Assembly: GCA_045837725.1 (NCBI GenBank)
Contig: JBEWZL010000135.1
Coordinates: 1-64,000 of the forward strand
From: Vermamoeba vermiformis
Lineage: Eukaryota
Direction: 5' to 3'
Length of the DNA: 64,000 nt
Position 1 is the first letter of the stretch. Every line of letters starts with the position of its first letter. Below are positions 36,591 to 53,250 of this stretch, piece by piece. Position numbers and translations under genes: made by a program. The notes beneath the pieces are model-generated. The model saw only the letters and a program-made list of their open reading frames with translations. It had not been told where the DNA came from and did not search any database.

Positions 36591-37976
36591 CTATCGACGT
36601 CTCGGCGAACGAGATCTGGATCTGGACCGTCTTCGCGGAGGCGATGGTGAACGATTCTTGTGTCGCGGGGGAGATCGTGAATCAGATCTCTTCCTTGGTG
36701 GCGACCGTGAGGGAGAACGAGCAGCACGTCTTGGCGGTGACCGCGATGCTTTTCTTGGGGGTGATCTGGATCTCGATCGCTGCGTGCGACGAGGTGGTGA
36801 TCGAGAAGGCGAGCGCTTTCTTGGTGGTGATCGCTCTTTGTTGCTACTTCGGTTTGGTGAAGACGATCGTTTTCTTGGCGGTGACGGTGAAGCACGACGA
36901 CGAGGAGGTGAAGCCTCAGCGTGCCTTGGCGGAGATGGTGATGACTTGCGACGTGGCGGAGATCTCTCAGGTGATCTGTCGCGGTGACGTGGCGGTGATT
37001 TCTTTCGATCTCTTGAACGTGACCTTGACTTGCTTCGATCACGTCGTTGTCTCTTTGACGATCTATCGCGGTCCTCGTCATCATGCTCGCGTTTTCGTTT
37101 CTTTTCTTTCTTCTTCTCTTTCTTGTCTCGCTTATCTCTTTTATCTTTTTTGTCCTTCTTATCTTTTTTGTGCTTTTTTTCTTTTTTGTCCTTGCCTCTT
37201 CCTCTGTCTTCAGAACTGTAATCGTCACGTTTGAATCTCGCGTTCTCAAACTGCTCTTCACCGACCTCGTCAATAGCACCAAGTTGATTGATGTTCTCGC
37301 CCGAAACATTGCGGTCACCGACGTGTCTCTCCTCGCCGAAACCTAAGCCCGTCACACGACTTTCTGCGTCGTACATGTTATTGTCCGTCTCATCACGGGA
37401 AACCAACTTCTTCAGCTCGTCGTCATCTAATTGATGTTGTTGTGCAGAGTGTGCTTGTCTTATTTTCAAAGGATCGACACCTAAAGTGACACGTTAGACC
37501 AACCTCAAAAAAAACCTCGGTTTACACGTACCTGCAGCCAGCAATGCCATCATGCGCTTTTCTTCTTCTTGAATTTTAGTTAAATCGACCTTCTCCTTCT
37601 TCTTATTATCGTACCACCAGCCAGCATTAGGATTGATATTATTGAAAGTTCTTTTGTTGCTCGTAAATAAAGAATGGGCTGTATACAAAATATTTAAATA
37701 TATTAGAGTAATTTAAAATAGTAATAAAGCGTGTAAAACGATACAATAAATTTATTGAATTTTTTGAATTAATTTGTATTTCGAAATCGCCTCGCATCCA
37801 GTGAAAAAATGTGCGCTATATGCAATAATTACCTAAATAATTTTCCTTGTATTTATCTGAAGAGACCTCCTTCCATGAGAACTCTATGCGGATTCCGTTA
37901 GATCAAGGTTTACAGCACCGGAGGTAAACTTACGGTCACGGCCTCCACGTGCTCCTCCACCTCCTCCTTTAGACAT
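36591..37976 (-). CDS. MMTAG2/C1orf35-like protein with RS-rich tail
   Basis: GARGGRD, FSWKEV..DKYKENYL, WWY and EEE.RMMA..L, then K/D-rich and SR/SP repeats. Confidence 0.75.
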
Positions 37977-38128
37977 TTGTGGTTCACGGTGCGATTTCAA
38001 AAACCAACGGAGAAGGAGAAGTGAACTCCGTTTTGACGGGCCGAGCCGCGATTTTTCCCAACGCAGAAAAAAAGCTGAAGCAACAGTTTTGAACCAGTTT
38101 GTACAACATTATCCACTTGTCAACCAGG

Positions 38129-39520
38129 ATGGGCGTTCTTCGGGCTGTCGGCAAAGGATTCTTCTTCCTTTTCCTGATCGCATTTGCGTTCTTCGGATAC
38201 CGTTTTGCGGTATTCATGTTCGTCCCGATTAACCTTCGATTAGACTTGCTTAATCCCAGCACTGAGCCAACCAAATACGACATTGACGCAATGTCAGTGC
38301 TCACCGACGTAAGATCAAGATTTTTGTCTTATTAAATAATTATTACGAACGACAAAAAATAATTAATTGACAATCTATTAGCAATTCGTTAAAACGAGCG
38401 ATGGGATTAACTTACACGTTTGGACCGGAGGCAAGCCCGATCCCAATAACGTTCTAATCTTTTTGCACGGGTTCCCAGAGAGCGGGTAATACTGCCACAG
38501 CACCTTTTACGCTATTATTAATATTGTGCTAGATTAATGAGCTGGAAAGCACAAGCCAAATTCTTCGTGGACAAAGGCTATTATGTCATAATTCCCGACA
38601 TGCGTGGCTACAACACTTCAGACAAGCCTGAAGGTAATATTTCACTCGATTACTGCATTCAAATATTAACTGACGGTATCTTAGCTGAATCTTCATATCA
38701 CATGGATTACTTAGTGGCTGATGTCATTACGCTCATTGACACGTTCGCTGGCGCGAATAACAAGGCACTCGTAAGTCCTAATCTTTGAATAGACAACGCC
38801 ATTTATCAAACTAACGCGAAGCACAGCTCGTTGCTCACGATTGGGGCGCACTTGTGGCATGGTCCTTCGCTGTCAAACACTCCGACCGCTTGAACAAACT
38901 TGTCATCTTGAACGTACCTCATCCCGCTGCTTTCCCTAATGTCATTAAAGCCAATCCAAGACAACTGCTGAAATCCTACTACGTGTTCTTCTTCAACTTC
39001 CCCTATTCAATGGTTGAATACAAGATCACCAAGTAAGTACCGGTCCAATATCTCATCAAAAGATGTTAAGATCTTAACATACCTCTAGGGATAATTTTGG
39101 ATTCCTGTCTGGCGCTCTGACCATTGCCAACAATCAATCCTATTCGTTGTACGATCTGCAAGAAGCACGAAAAATGTGGGCTTACAAGGGCAGCGCAATG
39201 GCAACTGTGAAGTACTATCGCGCGAACTTTGGGTAATAATTGTCATATTTTTACGTAATTTTTACAGCGTGTGCTAACGGAATTATTACTTCAGTGGTAC
39301 AACTGGTCTTGATCCAGCAACACAGATCGTCAATGCACCCACTCTTATTTTATGGGGCAAAAATGATATTGCTTTGGAAGTGGAGTGTGCATCCGAAAGT
39401 GTTAAGTTCTGTCCGAATGGCAAGTACGAGATCTTCGATAATGCATCTCACTTCATTCAACACGACATTCCTGAAGTTGTTAACGAGAGAATATACAAAT
39501 ACTTTGTGTCTGGTAACTAA
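38129..39520 (+). CDS. Alpha/beta-fold epoxide hydrolase (EPHX3/4-like)
   Basis: LHGFPES, DMRGYNTSDKP, AHDWGA, IWGKND and ASHFIQHD, with an N-terminal hydrophobic segment. Confidence 0.9.
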
Positions 39521-39702
39521 ATTTCCTAATACAAAGGGACATTCGTGAAGCCAACAAAGACCGTTCTTTTATTTTTAACAAAAAATCGAAATTTATGGCA
39601 GTTAAATTCGGCAGTTTGAATTTACTCACGCATTATATATTACCGAACGATATATACTACAACAGAATCCAACAATATTACAAAACTTATCAACTTAACA
39701 AA

Positions 39703-40883
39703 ATGTCACAAACAAGCATTTCGTGTTACATCTGCTACGCTGACTTCCAAGCCGAGCGCCCGCTTAGCGAGGACGGACCAAACAAATACGCGCCAATTTC
39801 TGATGACAGTGCGTACTTTTGGACAAAGCAGTTGCATCCGCAGTGTAATTACGTGGATCAATTTCTCTGTCGGTCTTGCATTGTCAAGCACCTGACACTT
39901 AGGTTGGATAGTAATCTACCGCCCTCGTGCACCTACTGTGGCTCTCCTTTAGAACACGAGCTAGTGATGCAGCTTCTACCAGAAGACAAGCGAGATCAAT
40001 GCGAAAAGAAATTTTGGCAAGGCAAGGGGTTGAAAGAGTGTTACAACACCGATTGTCGCTCCAACTTTATATTTGAGGTAAAATAACTTTCTATCATTTT
40101 TATTTAACAGCTAACCAAAATCTTTTTCAGAGATCCGACGATTGTTCGAATCCAATCATTTACTGCCCCGAGTGCCGTTACCCCTATTGTGCACAGTGCG
40201 GCGATCAGTTCCACGGAGCACTCAATTGTAAAACATATGTCGAAGCGCTCGACATCATGCAAAACAAAGTGCGAAAGAACGGGTTTCGCTACTGTCCGGT
40301 AAGCCAATCCACACCATCTTAACCGTAGCTTGGTAACTAACCTTGAGATTAGACTTGCAAGACGCCAATTGAGCGTATTTCGGGCTGCAACCACATGCAG
40401 TGCACTCAGTGTGCGCAGGAGTGGTGCTACGACTGCGAAGTGCCATTCAACCCGAGCCATACCTGCACGCAGGAATCAATGCTTCGCGTCAAGCGGCTCG
40501 AAAATCTTACCAGACTGTTCGAGAGACTCGATGTGTCTCGAGACCAGCGAGGTGGAAGGGGTCGCGGTGGGCGTGGTAGATTTGGACGAGGAAGAGGTCG
40601 TGGCAGAGGTCGAGGTGGACGTGGCCGCGGCGACCGAGGACACAACGCTGCTGAGGCTGTGGCAGTATCAGTGCAGGCGCAACCCCCTCAAGAGCAACCC
40701 CAAGAGCAACCTCAAACCCAACCTCTTCAAGCTCCGGAAGCAAGAGGGCGCGGTAGAGCTCGCGGTGGCCGTGGATTTGTACGAGGAAGAGGTCGCGGAA
40801 GAGGCAGAGGTGGACGTGGCCGCGGTCGTGGTGCGAGGAACAACCCCGCTTCAACACCCGCCCAAGTGCCTCAGACGGCATAA
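39703..40883 (+). CDS. RBR (RING-IBR-RING) E3 ubiquitin ligase with RGG-rich tail
   Basis: CYIC...CRSC...CTYC; IBR CPECRYPYCAQC...H...C; RING2 CPTCKTPIERISGCNHMQCTQC...WCYDC; two RG/RGG tracts. Confidence 0.88.
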
Positions 40884-41205
40884 TTTCGTCAATTTTCAAA
40901 GCAGACGAAGTGTTGCCGGTGTAAAATATTTTGACATATTAAATCTGGTAATTGTAAATAAAACTAAACGGCGAAAAAAACAATGCGTGTCATCACACTA
41001 AATTGCCCTACTTGGAAATGGGAGGCCTCATGATCAGGAGCGCAGAGTACTCTTGGACTCACTCGCGTAAACTCATCGGCCGCTGGATCTACTGGTGTAA
41101 TTTGCCTATCATATCTTCGGAAGTTCAGGAACTAACAGCTGTGGTTTTAAACGTCGTGGGGTAGGAAAGGATTGAAAGGGCGAACACAAAAGCAGGAAAT
41201 GATTG

Positions 41206-41239
41206 CCCGCCAAAAAAATTCAAATCGTTTTTGTAACGG
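41206..41239. promoter_or_regulatory. Clustered E2F-like (CCCGCCAAA), CHR-like (TTCAAA) and Myb/MSA-like (TAACGG) motifs upstream of the polo kinase
   Basis: Motifs at 41206-41214, 41219-41224 and 41234-41239, 140-170 bp before the ATG. Short motifs; function unproven. Confidence 0.35.
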
Positions 41240-41376
41240 ATACATGGTCCGAACATATTTTTTTTGTCAGTTCGAAACGATCAAATTTCCTTGAGGAAGT
41301 AGCGAGCACAACAGCTACTGGCGGCGTAGTATAGTTAGTTTTTGTATTATTTATTTATTTGTAGATTATTTTCAAC

Positions 41377-44121
<2,745 letters not shown>

Positions 44122-44276
44122 AACCTGTCAATATTGTACTATAATAAATTCAACACCCGTATTAACAATCAATTAGTCTTTGCGCAACCAACAGAGTTCT
44201 GTAAAATTTCTGTGTCACAAACTGACGTAGATATTGTTAACAACCATTCAGTTGAAACAACACAAGTAAAGGCATC

Positions 44277-44943
44277 ATGGCCAACGTACCAAAGAGAATT
44301 TTGTTCTACAGCGAGCGAGAAGAGCCTTATGGCGTTTTCTCCAATTTTTCGCCGCATCCGGTCAATGTTAACGGAAAGCAATATCCTACAACAGAACATT
44401 ATTTCCAGGTAATATTTTATAATATTTTAACAGCGAATAACAAAATTTGTCAATGCCGTTGAAGATCTACAAAGAAATATCTAAGATAAGCTTTAAATTT
44501 TGAAATGATTCTCAAAATTACGATTATCAGGCCATGAAGTTTGTTGGAACTCCCGAGGAAGAAATGGTCCGAACGGCGAATACTCCTGCTGATGCCAAGG
44601 CTCTAGGAAGAAGCCGATCTTTTCCTCTTCGCGCAGATTGGGAAGAGGTGAGTTCTATTATTAAAGCTAGGACCTTTTTTTTTAATGTGGGAATTGTTTG
44701 ATTAATTCTGACGTTAAATGGTAGGTCAAAGACCAGATCATGTACGAAGCTATCCACGCCAAGTTTTCGCAACACAAGGAGTTGAAAAAAATATTATTGG
44801 ATACTGGTGACTCCTCCATTATTGAACACACGAAAAATGATGCTTACTGGGGAGATGGAGGTGACGGATCTGGCCGAAACCAATTAGGCAAGACACTGAT
44901 GAAAGTACGAGAGGAGTTACGAAATGCCAAGAATAAGGACTGA
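44277..44943 (+). CDS. NADAR family (YbiA-like) N-glycosidase / ADP-ribosylhydrolase
   Basis: YGVFSNF, YPTTEHYFQAMKF, AKALGR, DWEEVK, AKFSQH and NDAYWGDGGDGSGRNQLGK.LM..R; two introns. Confidence 0.93.
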
Positions 44944-45096
44944 GGACTTGTGTATAATATCATGATCTTTTATAAATAAATCTCGTGTCTATCTGAACGA
45001 GGATTTTGTGCCGCCGTTTTTAACCATTTCGAAACACGGCCGAAAGAGGCTAACGCTATCAAGGAGTTTAATAATAATAATGATATATAGAAGACT

Positions 45097-48000
45097 ATGA
45101 GTAACAATAATCTACGAGCAAGTGGTACCGCCCCAAAAGCTATCAATAGCGCAAACTCAACGCCAAGATCGAGGTAGGAGACAGAAAAATTTCGGTTAAA
45201 TAATTTAAAAAATAATTCATGGACGTAGATCAAGGACGTTGACTGTGTCTGGGTCACTCCCGTCAGTTGGCTTGGCCAGGTAAGAATTAAATTAATTTTT
45301 CAATGGATGGCGATTGAATAAATTCTTATTTTATTTTCAAGAAATGAATCCCTCCAGCGTGGAGTAAATAATAGCATTTTAATTGTGCAATAGCTTATTT
45401 GCCCCATTAAATAATTGATCTCGAAATTGAATTGCATCTATTTTATAAATCAAAAGATATCTAACTACTTATTTTAGTCCTACGAGTAGCAAATCAAATA
45501 CTCCTACACCAAAGAGCCCGAGTACTAGTAAGCGTGCCACAGTAAATTTGTCTGCCATGGGATTCGATCCAAAATCGATTTCCATTCCGTCCTCGCCTTC
45601 TAGCACGGCAGAAAATTCTCCAGTAGGATCTGCGCGCTCAGATAGACGAAGGTCAATGTCGATAAGCAAATCACTTGTTTCAACTATACTCGCAGAACCA
45701 CGAGACAATTTCTCGTGTTACATTACGCCGGATCTACTCAAGAAAATCTCGAAAAAAGATAATTTAAAGGATATTACATCACTGGCAATACATCAGCCAG
45801 ATCAACGAGTCAAGGTATCAATTATTATGAATTGAAATAATATAATTTTGTGACCCGAACTAACATTTCTCCGCAGTACATTGAATCGTTAGAAGAGTGC
45901 ACAAATTTGCGAGAATTGGATTTAAGCCAAAATATTATCGAAAAAATCAAAGGATTGGATACTTTGACAGCGCTAGAAGTGCTCAATTTGAGTTCGAATT
46001 CCATCACTAAATGGGAGGGCCTGTCTACTTTAAAAGCCTTGCAAACTTTGGATTTATCGTCGAACGGGTTGACTAGATTGTCATCCTCCATTGCAAATCA
46101 CGCAGCGCTAACAGTATTGAAATTACACGGAAATCAACTCAACGTCGTAAGTCAGATCTAGCATACTTTTCTTTCACCTACTAATGCCTTTACAAAGCTA
46201 CGAGACGTTGTATTTTTAAAATCATGCAAAAATCTGATCGAGTTGACCTTACACGACAATCCTTTGGCTTTACTCGGCTCGTACAGAGAATTCGTTATTT
46301 TTCAACTGCCTCAATTAGAAGTCCTCGACGAGACTCACATTACTTCCGACGAACGTGCAGCAGCTAGTGAACGATTCGGAAGAGGTAGGTTAATTATATG
46401 CACGATAGTAGAACTAATAGTATCGCAGAGGAAATCAACTTATTGGAGACTAAGATAGCCCAACAGCAACAAGAGCTAAACGATTTCAAGTACGTAGATC
46501 ATTTTGGCTGAAGTACAGACTGTATTAATCGAGTTAATAGGAAAAAATACGATGAGGTTAATGATGCTTTGGCGAAATTGAAAGACTCTGAAGGTCAATG
46601 GAGTAGTCGCGAGAAAGAATGGCAGAACAATAAAATTCGATTGGAACAAGAATTACAAACCAAAACAGACATGGTAACAGCGATTCGATAATAGTACTAT
46701 AAGTCTTCAGAATTCTAATATTACGCTAGTTAAATAATAAGAGTAACGAACTTATCAAAATGTGCGAGCTGCTCTACGAAGTCAAGCAAGAATTGGCATT
46801 TTACAAGGTACATAGACCACTCTTGAACTAGCCACGAAGTACTAACAATCGTTCAGATTGATGCATCTTTCGATGATAACCCTGCTCAAAATGTCCGCGT
46901 AAACACTTTTGATATGGCGCCGGTACGTGGGCAAACATATTATCTTGGTTTAATTATCTGACCGGTGTCACGATAGGCTCCAATGAGCATTCAAATGTCA
47001 CAAGCAGTGCCGCAACGAGGAACGATTACTATGGGCACCCATGATTCCCTCGAAGGAAGTAAGTATTCCACTCTTCAAGTCACAACATGAGCTCTAACAA
47101 ATGTACAGGTCTTGATGAATTTATCGATTCAGGCGTGGACACGAGCGAGTTGAAGAATAAAATCAGCGAGTTAGAGAGGCTCGTGCAGTCGCAGCAACAG
47201 CTCATTCAAGACTTGCAGAAGTTCCAGCACGATACTTTTGCCGAGCAGGGTGCTAGTTCTGACACCATTGCAGCACTTAAACGCGAAATAGAGTTGCTGA
47301 GAAAAGACCGCGAGCAACTTGAGGCCAATGTCAAGCGCAATCTTAACGCTGCAGCTGAGGTCGTTAATTTACAAGGCGAAGTCCAGCGACAACAGGGTAT
47401 CATTGCCAATCTCAAGACCGAGATCGGAGTTTCTGGCGGTCAGTCGGAAGAAGAGCGAAAGCGCGTGCAACAACTTGAAACTGAAGTGCAAGCGATTAAA
47501 GCTTTCACTTCACAGCTTTTGGCTCGTGAAGAAAAACTGAAGTTTTCGCTCATGGAAAAAGAAGAGCATGTCACGGAACTCAAAGAGGCTCTTGAAGAGA
47601 TGGAGGAGAAAAAGAAGCAAATGAAGCAACAAATCAAAGACTACGAGGCAAAGATTGTCGATCTCGGCTCAAATCAAGCCTCTGCATCTCAAGCACAGGA
47701 TCAAAACGTAGCCTCGTTGAAGAGCGACAAAGACCGACTCGAGGCACAGACATTTGTGTTGCAAGGTCAACTGAGCGCGATGAAGGAGGAGCTCGAGAGA
47801 TACAAAAAAGATCTCGAGACTGCCAGTCAAAAGCGCGAGGAAATCAATCTGAAGGCTCAACAGTACTTCGAAGAACTTGTCACGTTGAGACATCAAGTCC
47901 AAACTCTTACAGCACAGAACAACACTTTGACCGAGAAGAACGCTGACCTGCAAAAGAAAGTCAGCGAGCTTGAGAAGCAAAAGAGTGAATTGGATGCCAA

Positions 48001-51000
48001 GTTGGCGAATGCTGTTCAAGCGTCTAGTTCTCACGCTGGCGAGATTGAGTTCTTGAAGCGAGAGAAGGCACTGGAGATTCAAGGAATCAATCAAAAGCTG
48101 ACTATGATCGAGAATGAACTAGCGCTGGTCAAGGCCGAGAAACAACGCGTGTACAGCGATTTGGAGCTGTTACGAAGAGAAAAAGATCAAATTGAAATCA
48201 ATGCCAGGAAGTCTTTTGACGAAGCCGAGCGACTGAAGCGGGAGAAAGAAGGCAACGAGTCAATTGCGTCCATCGTTAACGAAATCGTAGCGTTGAAAGA
48301 CGAGAACTCAAAGCTGAAACGAGATCTCGAAGGCGCTCAATCGACCCAAGAAAATGCTCAGCTTGGTCAACAGCAGTCTCTGGTCGAATTGCAACGTATC
48401 AAGGGAGAACTGGACGAGCTAAGACTTGAGAATAAGAACATCACTGCCGTGAAGAACTTGAGTGACCAACGTGCAACTCAGTTACAGAGCGATCTTGAGG
48501 CATTGAGACGAGAGCTTAACGAAGTGAAAGCTAATAGAGACAATCAAGCGCTCATCCAGCAGTTGGAGCAACAAATCCAACAACATTTGCGCGAGATTGA
48601 CGAGCTGAAGAAGTCAAAAGAAAACCTCGCCACAACACTTCAAGCCAAACTTGCAAGTGAAACTGAGCACTTACGACGCGAGACTGAGTTACTTCTCAAA
48701 GAGAAGGACTTGCTGCTCAAGGCTCAGGCCGGCAAAGTAGAGTCGTTAGAAGGCGAGTTGAAGGCCCTCCGTGCAGAGAAACAGTCTGCTGGACAAGAGC
48801 TAGACACGTTGCGAAGAGAGCGAAATGAATACGAACTCACGGCAAAGAGGTTGCAAGAAGAGAACACCATTCTGCAACGCGAAAAGGAAAGCATTGACTC
48901 GATCAGCAAGCAGACAATGAGCTTGATAAATGACATCGCTGCTCTCAAAGACGAGAATTACAAGTTGAAACGCGACGCTGAAGTAGCACTTGAAGAGAAA
49001 GAGAAGGCCCTTACCGACTTGAAGCGTGACTCATCGAAGATGGAAGAGGCTCACACGCGACTGTCCGAGTCTGAAGGCACCAGGAGACAACTTGAGAGTC
49101 AAATCTTGTCGCTTAAGCAGGAGATGCTGGACCTCAAAAATAACAGTGCAGACGCAGAGCTTCAAACGCGCAAGAAACACAGCGAAGAGGTGGCCAGACT
49201 GACTGACGAGAACAAGAAACTGCAACGCGAAGTCGAGCAGCTGAACTCGCTCAAGGCTCAGTTGGCCGACAAGACGCCTGAAGAGCAAAGCCGTGCCGAG
49301 ATTGAGTACTTGAAGAAAGAGATCGAGTTGATCAAGCGAGAGAAGGACTTGGAAGTGCAAAAGGAAAAGCAATCGTTGTCACAAGCCGAGAAGGAACTTG
49401 AAGGCAGCAGAGCTGAGCGACTGAAGCTTGAGTCTCAATTTGAACGATTGAAGCAAGAGAAGGAGCAATCGGAGCTGTCTGCCAAAGAGCAAATCTCTCA
49501 GTTGGACACGAGGGTTAAAGCTTTAGAGCTTGATCTGAATCATGCTCAATCTATTAAGAAGCAGAAAGAGCACGAAGTTGACGACAAGCACGCAAAGATC
49601 TCACAGCTTGAGGCTGAGTTACTGAAGCTCAAAGCTGAGAGCGAAGGTAGAAAAGTTGAGCTGGCGAAGATGAACCAACAGCTCGAGAACGCTGCCTCCC
49701 AAAAGGGCGAGATCGAAGTGCTCAAGAGTCAGACGATGCAGAACTTGCGTGTGCAGGAAGAGCTCACCGACTTGCGCATCAAGAACAAGCAACAAGAGGC
49801 TGATTTGGAATTCGCCAAGAAGCAGCTTGAAATTCAACACGAACAATATTCTGAAGTCAATCTGCAACTCGAGAAGATTAAGAAAGAGAAGCACGAACTC
49901 GAAGACACCATGCAACGTGGACCTTTGGCAGAAATTGAAATGCTTAAGAGCGACAAAGCGAACCTAGAACAACAACTGCAGGGCTTGCGAGACCAGCACT
50001 ACAGAGAAATCGATGACTTGATCAAAGGCCACCGCGACACACTGCGACTATTGGAGGCCGAGTACGTGCTCAAAATTAAGGCCATTATCAATCAGTACTT
50101 CCCGCTCGAGAAGGTAGACAAGACACCAGAGCAAATCGCCGAAGCTGAGCAAGAAAAGCAACGAAAGCTTGAAGAGAAAGAAAGGGCTCGACAACGCAGA
50201 CTGGCCGAGGAGGACAGTGACAGCGAAGATGACAGCAGCGATAGCGATGACGAAGATACGCCCAGACACGACCCGAGATCGTTGGAAGAGGCTGTTCATA
50301 CCTTGCAACAACGCATCATCAAGGCATTCAACATTCAACAGCAGCTGATCTTGAACCCAAAGACCGATGACACGTTGATGAACAATTACAACAACTTGAA
50401 GCGCGAGCACGATGAGTTGAAAGAGAAGGTTCAGAACTTGAACGCTAAATACTCTAAGAGACAATCGGAGTTCCAAGCTATCACCAATCAAGTCGTTGAA
50501 GCGCAGTTCAAGTTGAATCAGATCATGACACAGTACATGGCTGCACGCGAACAATACGAGAAAGTTCAACTTGTTATCGCGTCTGCAAAGACAGCCGCTG
50601 AGATCACAGCCAAGCAAACACCCGTGCCTGAGCCTACAGTAACTCAACCTCACCCTCCATTGCCTGACGTCACTGTCAAGCCTCCTACACCTGTAGAGAC
50701 CACTCCTGTCGTCAGTCATCGACCCTCGCGAAAAGAGGCCCGTAGAAGTGTTGTGTTGAAGCTTGGTGCAGGTGATAGCATTGAGATGTTGCAAGACGAA
50801 ATGGAACGACTTGAGCAACAGTTGGACAGCCAGGCACAAGAGATGCAACAAGAGCTGAAGGGCTCCTCTCCCCTACCACCAAAGAGAGCATCATCAGCGA
50901 GCATTAAACTTGAAGACGACGAGCCTGAGGCACCAAAGACCCCCGCTAAGAGTCCCATAGTGACACCTGTCACCTCAAAATCACCGACACAAGTTGCACC

Positions 51001-51399
51001 TTCAAAGCCATCAGTGTCTTCTCCTCAAACATCCATCACTGACACGCGCACTAACAATCAAACTAGTCCGCAAGCCACTCACCGTTCCAAGCACCACAGG
51101 CACTGCGTCAATAACTCCAATCAAGCCAGTCGTTGTGTCAGTCCATTAGTTGGACTGCTGAGCCTACTGCTTCATCGCAGTCGGGACAAGCAACTGACAC
51201 GCAATTATCACCGCGATCAAAGCAGTCGAAAATGCTTGCTGAATTAACGGCACCGCCACAGCAACCTCAGCAGCAACAAGTTCAGCCGACGGGTGCTGCA
51301 TCCAAAAGAAGTGGCGTACTTGCCTTGATTAGTAAGCTCAATTCAGCGATTAAAGAGCAAGAAGATAAGAATCAGTTCTCGGTTACGAAAAACAAATAA
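45097..51399 (+). CDS. Centriolin-like LRR + long coiled-coil protein
   Basis: SDS22-type LRRs (LRELDLSQN.I.KI.GL, L.L.DNPL...YR.FVI..LP.L..LD), then YEVKQELAFYKIDA as in centriolin, then >1000 aa of coiled coil. Frame disturbed near 51070-51135. Confidence 0.75.
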
Positions 51400-51529
51400 G
51401 TCGCTTTGAATTGCCCGATCAAGAAAACTTTTGTTCAAATTTGTACAATAAAATCAAATTATTTATTGCATTCCATTTCAGTAGCAACAATAGTGCTCAA
51501 TTTGTATTATATTATTGTAAATATTTAAA

Positions 51530-52947
51530 ATGAGCTTTTTTAAAGGGTTGCTCTCGAAGGTAGAGAAAAAGTAAGTCCCTTTGAATTGGATTTGCTCGAT
51601 CAAAATCAATAATCATCCAGCGACGGTGCAATATGCCATCAAATATTCAATTACAATTATTAATGAATTAACAAAATAGACTGGAGGAAATTAAAGCCGA
51701 TACTAAGATAGAAGGCTTAGTAGAGAATCTTCGTGGCAATAAAATCACGAAAGAAGGCGAAAAAATAGCAACTCAAGTTTCGACTAATATTAAAGCAGAA
51801 GTTGATAATTTAAAAAAGGTAATTGACCGCATCTATTAAATTTTCGTTAATGAAATCTAGACCTCTTTGACGGAGATAGAGAACCGCCTTGGCATAGACA
51901 TACGACAGAATGTAGACGTGCAACTTTACAAGAAAGATGTCAATTTAAATGCCGGCTTTGAGCTGATCCATCTGTAAGAAAATTTCTCGTGCTTCTTCTA
52001 TGTCTTACTGACGCATGTTACTCTAGATTTGATTGCAATCTACTAGCACTTCATATCAATAACAGAAAATTAGCTGAGCAAGCGGACGTAGGTTTAATTG
52101 GAGTTAAATTTCGCACTTACTAAACTTGGACATGTAGATTTGCAACAAGAAGGTTGAGGCCCTCTATGACGCGTGTTCTCGACGTAATGCGGAGCTAAAA
52201 GTACTACACGCGCATTTTCAAACATTACCAGCAGTATTAACGAATATTGAAAACGTTTCGAAATCCATTGGTACGTAAAGGCCCATCCGCCGAACATTTC
52301 TTATGATTCTTACTAACCGCGTCTATAGACGATATATGCACTAAGATTAACGAAGTTGAGGCATTGCTCGATGAACAAATCAACAAGACGGCGCAACTAC
52401 AAATAGAGAACTTGGCCGTTGAAAAACACAAGGAACTCGCCGCTTACAAAGTCCAACGCGAAAAAGAGCTTCAAGTGTACGAAGGAGAATTATCAGCTAA
52501 GAAACAGAAGCTAGTCGCAGATAGAAGGTACGTCAATCAGCTTCTCTGGATTCGTAACTGGGAATCGCTACTAACTCCGGTTCTTGCAGGCGTAGAGCTG
52601 AATTGCTGCATCAGCAGTTGGAAGTCGAGAGCGAGAAAGAAAAGGAGAGGATCCGAACGGAGTTAGAAGATAAAATTCAACAGGATATGGTGGATTTCAT
52701 CTTGTGGGGATCAAAACGAAAGAGTAAATTGCCATACGTACCTTAATTTCGAAACTAACGATCTTGAACAGATTCACAGCCGCAACCGCAACAGGACACA
52801 TCGACGCTCAGTACATCGCCGAGTGCCAGGGATGAGTCCTTGAAGCGGGTCGAGTTGTCCGGTATTGACAAATCTAGCTTGGAAGACTTTTTGAACGACG
52901 AAGAAACTGATAACAAAGAACAGTCAAAAACTGAGACGGAGAAGTAG
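51530..52947 (+). CDS. Dysbindin-like (BLOC-1 subunit)
   Basis: NLNAGFELI..F...L.ALH, FQTLPAVL..I, ELAAYK..REKEL, QQDM..F...G and SL..VEL...D..SLEDFL match the dysbindin pattern as I recall it. Confidence 0.7.
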
Positions 52948-53250
52948 ATAAATGCTGAGATTTCGTCGGAAGAACCCGTGTTCGCAATACTTGAAAATTA
53001 ATCGGATGCATCCGCTATCGAGCATGTTTTGGCAAAGGTACTTAAGTATAATCCTACTAATATATGACAGCAAAACCGATGTCAAAGTCGATAAGGTAAG
53101 ACACTACTGTCGAATTTAACGGCACGCGTTACTCATAGTTGCCTTTTATGGTGTTTAATCTCAGTTTAATCTCGTCGCGAAGTAATTTTTAAAGAAAGTA
53201 ATTCCCATGTTTTTTTATTTTTACCTCACAATTTCAACTGAGCTCCACAA

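Noticed and set aside
36461-37346. Long alternative-frame and antisense ORFs
   Set aside because: Shadows of the low-complexity K/D/RS-rich coding sequence. The same applies to antisense ORFs in the coiled-coil and adhesin genes.
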